A program made the position numbers and the translations under genes. Under the pieces are notes generated by a model. That model saw only the letters and a list, made by a program, of their open reading frames with translations, searched no databases and had not been told where the DNA came from. A DNA stretch of 63,288 nt, counting the filler, from Octopus bimaculoides (lineage: Eukaryota): NCBI RefSeq assembly GCF_001194135.2. It is 5 parts of 4 records of this genome, joined end to end, with 100 filler letters (N's around TTAATTAATTAA, not from the genome) between each part and the next. Parts side by side here need not be neighbours in the genome. Positions count along the whole stretch, not along the records: positions 35,921 to 57,746 come from NC_068988.1; 4 more parts are not named here. One strand, given 5' to 3'. This document shows, in pieces, positions 41,343 to 52,671 of the stretch. Positions within the stretch are counted from its first letter, which is position 1. The number at the start of each line of letters is the position of its first letter.

Positions 41343-41583
41343 TGCTTTCTTTTGTCTCTTTTACTTGTTTCAGTCAATTGACTGCGGCCATGCTGGAACA
41401 CCGCCTTTAGTCGAGCAAATCGACCCCAGGACTTAGTCTTTGTAAGCCTAGTACTCATTCTATCTGGCTCTTTTGCCGAACCACTAAGTTACGGGGACAT
41501 AAACACCTCAGCATCGGTTGTCAAGCGATGTTGGGAGGGGGAACAAGCACAGACACACAAACACACACACACACACACACACT

Positions 41584-41622
<39 letters not shown>

Positions 41623-41770
41623 NNNNNNNNNNNNNNNNNNNNNNNNNNNNNNNNNNNNNNNNNNNNNNNNNNNNNNNNNNNNNNNNNNNNNNNNNNNNNN
41701 NNNNNNNNNNNNNNNNNNNNNNNTATACATATATACGACGGGCTTCTTTCAGTTTCCATGTACCAAATCC
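41343..41770 (-). mobile_element. SINE family C
   Basis: Reverse complement of the family C 3' half and its internal microsatellite. Confidence 0.85.
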
Positions 41771-41821
41771 ACCCACTAGGTAAAATATGAAATATTCAAA
41801 ATTTAAATCATTTCAGTCTTG

Positions 41822-42042
41822 TACGAAAGTATGCTGAAAATTTCCTGGTTTTAAAGGTATCACAAAACGCCTGGTTGGCGCTCCAGCATTCTCAGCTCTT
41901 TTACAGGGCTTAGAAAAATGGAAGAACCGCTGCGATAAGTGTGTGAATCTGAGAGGGGATTTTGTTTCGGAAAATCATAATTCACTGGTCTTCATGTATT
42001 TTCTTTTACCCAAAGCCAGAAAGTTTTCAGTACCCTCTTGTA
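41822..42042 (+). mobile_element. Mariner-derived MITE, copy 3
   Basis: TACGAAAGTATGCTGAAAATTTCCTGG...CCAGAAAGTTTTCAGTACCCTCTTGTA; internal GLEKWKNRCDKCVNLRGDF. Confidence 0.85.
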
Positions 42043-42609
42043 ACAAGGCATTATACCAAAGGTGCCTCTCACCAAATACCCCACATTGCTATCCATCCAA
42101 GTATTTCAGCTGCTCTATGTTAAATTTTGTTTAAGTTATTCACTGAGTCTTCCATAAGGACGCTCTATATAATCACATAGTTTGCTTTGTGAGTAGCGTT
42201 CGCTCAACAGTGAGTACATTGGCAAGGCTCTTAATTTTCAAAATGTGCAATCATCTTTCTGCGAAAGAGATCACACTTGGTTGAATTATTAAGATACTAG
42301 GTAGGTAACAATACGACCACCTGTAATTTATACATTATTAGAATTCTGCCCATCATCAATAAACTTTCTCTCGATCAACCCAATTTACCCTTGCATGTTT
42401 ACGACAATTTCCTACTTTGACAAGACGTAGTTCTGCATAGATGGCAAGTCTTTTATTTGGTTGCATACTTGGGTGTTTTGTCAAGTTGAACTTTTAAATT
42501 CAGTCACCTCTTGTAGTATATTTAGCGTGCAAATGCCTGTATGTGTATGCCTTCTACGTGTTTTAACACCAACCAAATTGAAAATAAATTTTCTTACGCC
42601 TATAAATAG

Positions 42610-43640
42610 CAGCCTGCTCACGAATTGAGAGTCAACTTTTAAGATGCATAAAACTGGCTATAAATACTAAAATAATGGTAGTAGACAGACATAGGTTTTA
42701 TATGACATTCATTACAACAAAAACATTTATCACTCAATATGGCCAATATTTTGGGAAATTACTGTCTCCACAGGGGAACGAAATTTGTATGCAACTACCG
42801 CGACATCCACCTTTTTTATTTTGCAAGCCGTACGCACGATGCAGGTCTTCAAACTATTGACACTCGAGTGTCATTGGTCTTTGCTTGAAGTACACCCTAT
42901 AAAATCGAGAAGGTTGAGATCTGGGCTTATTACTGGACCAGATGTTGACCCTCACAAAAAATGGCACATTCTCATCAAAGAAGGTTTGTGTTGCTTTTGA
43001 CCCACGGCAAGGGTGCATAATCTTGGATAAGCACCACATTGTCAAGCCCGAACTTCTGTTCCATCTAAGATAACAGAGCGTTCTTCCATATGTCCAGATA
43101 CTCTTTTGCGACGAACTTCAAGGCAGACTTAATAAATTGTGGATCCATGACACTTTCATCACTCGCCACAGGTCCAAATACCATCACTGAGGCAGAATTA
43201 TTTGTCAGAAGCACACATGGGACGTCAGAAGGGTTGTATGCAATCACTCAAGAATTTCTGCGATTCATCTCACTTGCTTCAACCCAGTACTTGAGACCAG
43301 CAAGAAACTTTGGATTGCACTTGGAATCACTTCGAGCCTTGTGTCCTTTTCTATCAATCTTTCCCTCTTCTTTAAATTGTTTATACACACGATAAACTAT
43401 TGCCTTTAGAAGTTTTCGTCAACGTAACAATTTTATTGCGCCCATCGCGCGCCAAAACAACAATGGTGGAAAGATTCAGTTGTTCCATGACTTTTTATTG
43501 TCGAATCAGTTCGCTATTTACCTGAAAAATAAAGAGGAGAATTAGATTTTCAAGCAAGCAAGGTGTTGTCAAAAAACTAAAATGTTAAACCCACTAAGTC
43601 AACGGATTAAAATTGGTCTCAATTCATCTGCAAGACCCTG
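42610..43640 (-). mobile_element. Tc1/mariner transposon fossil (maT/DD37D-like), internally deleted
   Basis: Frameshifted transposase from ATG near 43487: IVYRVYKQFKEEGKIDRK (HTH region), NSASVMVFGPVASD, IQDYAP, SPDLNLLDF, FRSPVETVISQNIGHIE*. Degenerate TIRs GAATTGAGA..CAA.TTTTAA at 42610-42642 and 43607-43640, with TA after the right end. Confidence 0.8.
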
Positions 43641-45129
43641 TATATATGTATACAATGTAGGTATATATGTAATTATACATATATATGTATATATACATAT
43701 ATACATACACACACACACTCACACACNNNNNNNNNNCTGTATGTATTATGTACATTTATGTATTGTATATGTGTATATATATATGTATGTGTGTGTGTAC
43801 GCGCACGTACATATATGCGTTCATGCAAACAAATTCGCACGCAGAAATATGGACACATAAGATATAAAAATGTTGATATGGCTTTACGCTATACGGAATT
43901 ACGCACATCCATATGCGTATGTATGTGCTTCTGCACCTACGAACGTACGAACTTTTCATCATGAAGCATGGAGACTCACATATACTCAAACAGTGATGTA
44001 CAAATACACACACAACACGTCTTATAATCCTATTTATTGAGCATTTGGAACTATGTAAATTCCATACAACTCAATATAATATCTAATTTGACATTCCATT
44101 CGTAAACGACATCTTAAATATTTTTCTCGGCTGGCAATGCATTCTAGATATGATCCGTTGCTCAGATGCATTCTATTCGGCAATCCTGAATAACAAAACA
44201 GTCTAGTAATAAAGGGTTGATTAACAAAATATATTTTATTTTTTGCTACCANNNNNNNNNNNNNNNNNNNNNNNNNNNNNNNNNNNNNNNNNNNNNNNNN
44301 NNNNNNNNNNNNNNNNNNNNNNNNNNNNNNNNNNNNNNNNNNNNNNNNNNNNNNNNNNNNNNNNNNNNNNNNNNNNNNNNNNNNNNNNNNNNNNNNNNNN
44401 NNNNNNNNNNNNNNNNNNNNNNNNNNNNNNNNNNNNNNNNNNNNNNNNNNNNNNNNNNNNNNNNNNNNNNNNNNNNNNNNNNNNNNNNNNNNNNNNNNNN
44501 NNNNNNNNNNNNNATATTTTTCTCACTCTATCACTCATTATCTTTATATTTACACAGAACTGTATACATACATGTGTATGTATGTATGTCTGTCTGTATG
44601 TATGCATGTATGTATGCATAAATGCTGGCGGGTTGGCCTATTATAATGTCTCTGAGCAAGGAACCATGTCTAGAATGCTTCGCTAGATGAGTAAATATTT
44701 ATGCTATTTAAGTTGTCATTTACGAATGGAATGCCATATATGAACGTTTATATGAAGTTTACATACGACAGACATTTTTGGTGAGAGCTTCTCATAGCTA
44801 TTCTGAATTGTGTTTAACTACCTAAAGCTATGGCTGAAGTAAGGTAGATTTAATCACTGAGATATGAAGAAAAAATAATCTCAAATAATTTGTAATGCCA
44901 ACAAGGCAAATTTCAAATTAAATATTGGCCCTTACTTGTGAAAAGAAAAGGGTGTTAAGTATTCTTCGATCTTTAAATACAAACACATTCACACATTCAA
45001 TTATGTTTTCGTGTGTGCGTGTGTGTGTTTGTGTGTGTGTATGACTTGTTAATATGTACCATGTCTCTGGTAATAGTTTTAGGTAACTATATTGTTACAA
45101 GCACATAAAAAATCATCTAAATCTCCCTA

Positions 45130-45255
45130 CTATGTAACAGTGGGAGGTAGAAAAATCTGCTCCAACACTCGGCCGCAACTCATTCAAACTGAAGTGCGTT
45201 GCTCATGGACTCAAACCACGGCTCCTTTCAGGAACTGAACCGCTGAGCCGACAAC
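45130..45255 (-). mobile_element. Possible tRNA-derived SINE head of a fourth family
   Basis: Minus-strand A-box-like CGGCTCAGCGG and B-box-like GGTTTGAGTCC; single copy only. Confidence 0.35.
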
Positions 45256-45893
45256 ATTATCCTCGTGAGTTAACAGAAGCAAAAATAAGGAATATACACG
45301 CAAAATTAAATATAGAAGTGTAAAGTATAATTTTTACATAATCTCTATAATAAACATGATACTGAATGAAATAATTCCCCGTTTGAACTTTCTTAATTAC
45401 ATGTATGTGTGTTTGTAGATATCTACGGATGCACAAAATTGCACAAAACGGAGAAAAAGAGACAAATATGGACGACTTGTTCCGAAACACCGCAGAATGG
45501 GGAACGGTTCTCAAAAATAACTCCCAATTATTTTCACCCAAAATTCCTAATTCTTCGGAATTTACATAGTCCGAGGTATATGTTTAGAGAATTTCATTAA
45601 AAAAATATTCATTATCTTGAAAGTTAAGACAAATTGAAATGGACTCAGGTGAATTTTCCGAAATTCCCAATCCCACCCCTCCTAAAATACTTTCTGCCCC
45701 CATATTTTGTATATTCGGAATTTTTTGTACAGAATTTCATTTAAAATATCCATTTTTCTGAAAGATATGATCATCCAAATTCGGAGGGTGGGGACGCAGA
45801 CATCTGTAGTTATGCCAATATTCTAGTATGGAGACATCTCTTTATGTAATTTCAAAAACATTAATAGCTATGCACCTCTAATATCCACCTTTC

Positions 45894-46098
45894 TGTTATG
45901 AGTATAATACTAATAATAGTATACCCCACTCACGTGACGAGTGATATGTGCTAGTCGCTATAAATAAGGTGACGTCGGTCAGTATAAAGAGAGAGAGTAC
46001 AAAATAGACGGTCATAGATAGTTCTGGTCTTACTTGTTTTACTAACTATACTGCTATACCACAGTGGGCATTTTAACAATCCGACATTAAGGATTACA
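45894..46098 (+). mobile_element. Possible 5' LTR of the downstream Gypsy element
   Basis: Starts TGTTATG, ends ACA, contains TATAAAT and lies ~100 bp upstream of gag. PBS is degenerate and there is no partner LTR. Confidence 0.35.
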
Positions 46099-46194
46099 AC
46101 GGTGGGGATTAGGAATTAACAAACTCACGAGGAAGAAACAAACTTGTAAAAGTTATTTTTTGTGCGAATTTTACGGGGAAAATATTGTAAAATT

Positions 46195-47200
46195 ATGGAA
46201 AATCTGTTGGCCGGTTTGCTCGAGTTGCAAAAACAGAAACAACAGCAACTGAAAGAACAACAACACCAGTAGCTATAACCGTAAGAACAACAGCAGAAGC
46301 AACAACAACAAATGCTGCAATTAATGAAGAGTAAGTCGTCAGGATATGCTGATATGTTCTCGCTAGATTATGATGCGAACTCAATAACAGAGTTTAAGTA
46401 CGAACCAGACGAAGGAGTTACCTTCGAGGTTTATTATAGAAGATACGAACAGATCTTCAATAAAGAGGGCAAAGATTAAGACGATGGTATACAAACGCGT
46501 TTAATCCTAAGAAAACTGGCAGCAGGAGAACTTGAGCGTTAGAGCAATTACGTAATCCCGAAAAAAAAAACTTTTGATATAAACTTTAAAGATACAATAA
46601 ATATATTCTGTAAACTTTTTAGTGAGAAAAGCTCTTTGTTCAATACCCGTTGGAAATGTTTGAAAATACAAAAAAAAAAAAAAAAAAAAAAAAAAAACGA
46701 GGAAAACTACATCACATATGCTGATAGAGTTAACCGAGAATGTGAAAAGTTCAAGCTGGACGAAGTAACGCCAGATAAGTTCAAGTGTCTGATATTTACT
46801 CAGAGACTAACTGCAGAGAAAAACACTGAAGTAAGAAGAATTCTCGATAAACTGGACGAAGACCAAGCTGTAACCTTACAAGAAGTGTCAAAAGAGTGTG
46901 AAAGAATAGTAGATTTAAGACGCGAAACAGAGAAACATTAAACATAAAGATTGCTCCCAAATGAAACAAGTGTGAAATAGGCAGAATAGAAAAGAAGTGT
47001 GTAATAAAATACAGTACAAAGAGGACAAGAATCAGGAAATAAACCCATGTTTTGCATATGCAGGTCCACATCTGAGAAAAAAAATGCTCATTTAAGAAAG
47101 TGGAATTCTTCCGTTGGGATAAAATTGGACACACAAAAATGCACTGTAAAACCAAGATGACAAAACGTTGGAACAAAGGAAAAAGAATAAACAGTATGTC
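46195..47200 (+). pseudogene. Decayed Ty3/Gypsy-type gag with zinc-knuckle remnants
   Basis: FKYEPDEGVTFEVYYRRYEQIF...RLILRKL...SLFNTRWKCL...YADRVNRECEKF...DKFKCLIF with in-frame stops, then CFAYAGPHLRKKC and GHTKMHC knuckle remnants. Matches my recollection of invertebrate Gypsy gag. Confidence 0.8.
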
Positions 47201-47204
47201 ATCG

Positions 47205-47504
47205 AAAGACCTGGAAATAGATGTGACTCGAATGTGGAATCTAAAAACAGAGACAATTCCTATCGTAGTAGGTGCCTTAGGTATGATAAAAAAAAATATT
47301 TGGACAAATACATAGCAAAAACACCAGGACTTACAAATATATATACCATACAGAAAATTGCACTACTGGGCACTGCACACATCCTACGCAACACACTTTC
47401 AATACAGTAACCATAAGAGCATCACAGCAAACCACAGCATATACCCAAGGCACAGAGAGCTGCGCTCGGCAGTGCAGTGAAAGCACGCTATAAAAATAAA
47501 ACTA

Positions 47505-47567
<63 letters not shown>
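47205..47567 (+). mobile_element. 3' end of an R4/Dong-type non-LTR retrotransposon (REL endonuclease C-terminus, 3' UTR, (AAT)n tail)
   Basis: KDLEIDVTRMWNLKTETIPIVVGALG, frameshift, then IQKIALLGTAHILRNTLSIQ* (stop 47408-47410), followed by (AAT)n from 47508. Confidence 0.85.
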
Positions 47568-47572
<5 letters not shown>

Positions 47573-48623
47573 CAACAACAACAACAATAACACCACCAAC
47601 AACAACAACAACACCAATAATAATAATAATAATAATCAACACCACCATTGCCACCGGCATTATCCGCACCCTCACCATCACTGGTACCATCTCCATGTTT
47701 ACCACCACCATCTTTATCGTCATCAATACCTCCTTGAGAATTGTCTTCTTCTTCTTCTTCTTCTTCTTCTTCTTCTTCTTCTTCATAACCCTAAAAAAAT
47801 TAGTTGTGTATTTTGGTTATCACATTTACAGTCTTAAATCTATAATAACAGTTATTATGGATTTCTCCTTATGATAAATTAAGTAAACAAATAAAAATTT
47901 TTTTTCCTTAGGTTTCTACTCATTTCTACTACAGAATTATAGCCCCGAGAAAATAATAAATATAGAAGATTATTATAAGTTAATTTAAATAATAATTGTT
48001 TGATACCAGTTAATTTAAATAAATAAAAGAGTTGTATTGAAGATGTAATTGTTTATATATTTTTGTTGCAGTTATACGTAGGAGAAGACTTGCATACTTA
48101 ATTATATACATTTATATACACATATATCATATTGTTGTATGTTGTGGTGACAGGTGACTATCATGGACATGAAAGGGTTTCAATTGGTATGTGTTTGAGA
48201 TATAATGAAGTGAATTTCAATGGCTGCGGATTGCACTATCTTGACTGTATCGTCTGTTAAAGCTCTTTTGCTGTTTTTTAATTGTAATTCATGCATGATT
48301 GAATAGTTACCGCTCACGGTCATAATACATAGACATTTGAATTAATTTTTACAATCCAACCGTCCTTTCACACAGAATTTCGTCTTTTTTCTAAACCATG
48401 AACCTGTAGTAACTGTATACATAAGGGAACTGCGATTGTGTATATCAGAAGAAATATATATAAGTCGAAACAATTTGTTGGCCTTTTATGGTTTTTATAA
48501 TTATTTATGTTATATAATATTATGTTATGTTATACTATATTCATAGTATTGAATGTAATATTGTAATATAAATAAATCATTGGATTGTGAATAGTATATC
48601 TCTATATTTAATTTATCTTCATA

Positions 48624-48695
<72 letters not shown>

Positions 48696-48719
48696 TGCAT
48701 GTTTGTATATATACATATA

Positions 48720-48935
48720 TTTGAGTGTCTTTGTTTATCCCCTAGCATCTCTTGGCCTGACTGTTGATGTTGGTTTGCTTGCGTTCCATGTAATTTAGTG
48801 GTTCGACAAAGAGAGCTTCGAATAAGTGACAAGATTTTAAAATAAGTACCGGAGTAAGGGTAGTCTGTTTGACTAAACCTCTCATAGCGGTGCCTTTTCA
48901 TGGCCGTAGTCCATAGACTAAAACGAGTAAAATAT
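48720..48935 (+). mobile_element. SINE family C, degenerate 3' half
   Basis: Follows (TA)n; diverged match to the family C tail (...GTTCGACAAA...AATAAGTACC...CATGGCCGTAGTC). Confidence 0.6.
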
Positions 48936-49039
48936 GAAAAATGAAAGATTCATAAATAAATACATTCATACAAAGAGAAATTAAGATTTCATATGTCTAC
49001 AAACTGTTTCATGAAACTGGTTACAAAACTTCGCACAAG

Positions 49040-49180
49040 GCCATTAATTTCGTGATAGGTTTATGTCCGTTACATCCACCCCAGTGCTTGAGAAGTACTT
49101 AATTTACCGACTTCAAAAGAACGAAAGGCAAAAACACACGGTACCTGCGCGCTAACAATTTAGCCCGCTCGCCACCTTAA
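49040..49180 (-). mobile_element. SINE family B, degenerate
   Basis: GAAAGGCAAA and GCGCTAACAATTTAGCCCGCTCGCCACC match the reverse-complement core and head. Confidence 0.6.
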
Positions 49181-50261
49181 ATTGTTTCATGAATTTATGC
49201 GATATTTGCATAAAACGCTTGGTCTTGCCCCTGTTTTGAGTTTCATATCGTTGTCGATACCAACTTCTTGCGCAAAAGAAATGGGGAACAAAATGTAAAA
49301 CATTGAAATAATTTCACGAAATAGACTGTAGCCGTACCAGATTTTAACTGTTGACAATATTGCATTAAACTCTGCTTGCTCGCTATTGAATGCTATGCAG
49401 TTAATCTCATCTCTATTATATATAAAGTGTCAATGTATGTATATACCTATAAACACAATGAGATATTAATCTATACTGAGAGAGGAAGTGATATTAAAAA
49501 GACAAAGGAAATATTGTGCAACAGAGTAACGGAACAAACGGAGACAGATAAGAAAGAGTGACAGACAAACAGAAAGGTAATTACTGAAACAGACTTTGAG
49601 ATAATAAATGAAATTGGAGAATGAGAGCGGTATAGAGAATGTGCGTGCGAGTGAGAGTGAGAGTGTCCTGCATAGATTCTCTGATCCCCACAGGTAATGT
49701 ATTCCATTCCCACTCTAACTAAATAGTGACTACCCCTCCTGTTGTAAAGACAACATAAAACGTTGTTGTAGCTAAAAGCTTTTCAATTCAGCCAAGCAAG
49801 TTTCTGAAATTGGTTTCGAGTAGTTTTTAACGATGAAAAGCTATGTATTACTCCAATATAACACTCTTATTCTGTTTACTGTTTAAATACAGTCAGTGTT
49901 AAATAAATGTAGATGTATTCAATAGAGATGGTGGTGGGGTGGATTTATAGTGACGGTGGTGATGGTAATGTTGATAGTATTGATAACTGGTAGTTAGACT
50001 ACTCGTAGTTGTAATGTTGATAATGATAGTTTTAGTAGTAATAAGTGTGTTGTCTGTGATAAGACAGTTATAGAAATAGTATCGAACAGCAGTAGTAGTC
50101 GGGTAGTTTAGGTGGTAGTACCTGAGTTGGTTATAGTGACAGTGGTGGTGGCGAGGCGGTTATGGTGATGGTGTGAGGATTATGATGATAGCGTTATTCA
50201 GGGTATTGCTTATCTTCATGGTAGTCGCGATAGTTTTGGCGTTTCTGTTTGTTCTATTTCA

Positions 50262-50584
50262 AGGCGCGTAGCTTAGTGGTTAGGGTATTCGGCTCACGAT
50301 CTCACGGTTTTGAGTTCGATTACCAGCGGCGCTTTGTTTCCTTGAGCAAGACATTTTATTTCACGTTGCTTGAGTCCACTGAGCTGGCAAAAACGAGTAG
50401 TACCTGATTTCAAAGGACCAGTCATGCTACATTCTGTGTCACACTGAATCTCCCTGGGAACTACGCTAAGGGAATGCGTGTTTGTTTAGTGCTCAGCCAC
50501 TTACACGTTAATTTCACGAGCAGGTAATTTCGTTGATCGGATCAAATGCAATGTTCGACGTCACAGCCGATGGAGCGAGTGCCA
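50262..50584 (+). mobile_element. tRNA-derived SINE, family A tail with a different head and body
   Basis: A box TAGCTTAGTGG, B box GAGTTCGATTACC, CORE-like CCTTGAGCAAGAC, then the family A 3' tail. Confidence 0.8.
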
Positions 50585-50804
50585 GTATTTTTTCCTTGCT
50601 TGTTTAATTTCACAGTGACACTAAATATGTTTATTTAACATGTAGATATTGCTCTGCATTCATGTATATTATACAAAGGATTAACACTCTCTTGGTTTGA
50701 CCACAAAATTAGTTGCCATATCGATAACAACAGTTGTTTTATAGGTTAAAGAAATAATAGTGAAGAGAAATAAAAAAATAATTATAAATGTCAAACTATC
50801 GACG

Positions 50805-51265
50805 TTATTTCATCGACCCCAAAAGGATAAAATCCAAGGTCGACCTCGGCAGAATTTGAGCTGAGAACTTAAAGCAGACTAATGGTTTCAAATTTGGCAT
50901 AAGGCCAATTTTAGGGAATGGATTAAGTCGATTACACCAGCTGGAATTTATTTTATCGACCTCGGCGGAATATAATCTCAGAATGTAAAGAGCAAGAAGA
51001 AATACTGCTAAATATCTTATCAGGTGTGCTAACGATTCTACCTGCTTGCTGCCTTTAATCCCTACTAATATAGGCACAACGTTTGAAATTTTGAGGGAAG
51101 TGGACTCGACGATTACGTCGTGCTTGTGTTCAACTGGTACTTATGTAATCGACGCTGAAGGAAGAAGACGAAGTCATCGGCGCAATTTGATCTCAAAAAG
51201 GTATGAGTCAGAAGAAATGCCGCACATGTTTCCGACGCTCACACGATTCTGCCAGCTCGCCAACA
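50805..51265 (-). mobile_element. Three tandem SINE family B copies
   Basis: Repeated ATCGAC(C)...GTCGACCTCGGC.GAAT cores and heads, all on the minus strand. Confidence 0.7.
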
Positions 51266-52638
51266 TCAATAGTAATAATAATTTAACAGAAATGTTTTGC
51301 TTGTATTTTTTTTTCACATTTTGTAACTGTTATTGTATTTAGCCCCAGGTCAACCGTTATTAAATAGACTTATGATCAAAGAAGTTCCATGACTATTCAC
51401 TCTTTTATTTAGATGCAGTGATACAAAAACCACATTATATCCATTGTTCTTCAGTTCTTTTTCGCTATCACGTTTAAGGTCACTCTAGATGTCTATTTTA
51501 AGACGACAGGGTGAGATTAGAGAAAGATTAGACTGTCATTTCTAGCAGGTTGAGTGACCACATAAAGATCTCTTTGTTAGTTTGACTTGTTGCTGTTGTT
51601 GGAAGTAAGTGCAATGCTGAAAAAATAAAGAACAATAGTTTATAAGATGGCCGACTTTATATAAACTGCCTTTCAAAATGGCTGATTAGTTTTCTAGATA
51701 ACGAACTACGCATTGTGTTTCCTAAATTATTGGATAAAGTGTCGGTCTATTTTCCAAGTGGCACAGGTCCTGGGAGAGGAAGAAGAATGAGGAAAATGCA
51801 GGACAGCAAACCATTTTTATGGAAAATACTCATTGTCTTGCAACCGAAATTCAGTCATATGTGGAAAATGGTTTAAACGGAGACAAAAACGTACATTTCT
51901 ATTCATTCATCTATCCATTCAATCATTTAGCTAACTAGTCCATCATCCTTTTATGGAACAATGCAGCCACTCAAGCAAATTTTTGTTCATGTGTGTAGGC
52001 ATACATGTATATGTATGTGTGAGCTAATAGTTAATTTCTGAATAGCTTCCTGTAAATTCGTAACAGCTGAATGAAGAATAATATACTTACTTACATATAA
52101 GCACGCAGATATACACGTGTGTGTGTGTATACACGTTTTAGAGAGTCTATGTGCACGTGTACGTTTGCTTATTTGTAACATACGTAGGCACGTACACACG
52201 TATATATATATATTTTCTCAAACTTACATTTACATGTATATGTCAGTAATGTGAGTGCGTTTGCTCGTGTAGTTAAGTGGTTGGAACGTTTCCTTAGTAA
52301 TCGGGAGGGCTTAGATTCAAACTCACTGTGTAGCATATTTTGTATTTTCTTTTACGATAATCTATTGTCCACTTAAGCTTTGTAAGTGAAATTGAGAAAA
52401 CGATTCGGAAAACACGCTAGATGAACTTTAACTGAAATCGTATGAGCTTAGCATTTGTTACATATTGTGTTGTGGTGATTCTAATGGAGAATTATGTCAA
52501 AGATACGCGTATCTAGTAAATATTTACCCACTTATAATCATATGAATCGTTAGTTCAGTTCACCAAATAACTAGGATACACATCATTGTAAACGCATGAA
52601 ATTCGTTTACCTTTTACTTGTGTTTCAAATTTACTTAC

Positions 52639-52671
52639 GTGAATAAATGTACATAGATCGCAGAAGTGCAG
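52639..52671 (-). CDS. Candidate 33-nt microexon
   Basis: TACTCTTTTCACAG | CTGCACTTCTGCGATCTATGTACATTTATTCAC | GTAAGT; frame-preserving and open in all three frames. Confidence 0.35.
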
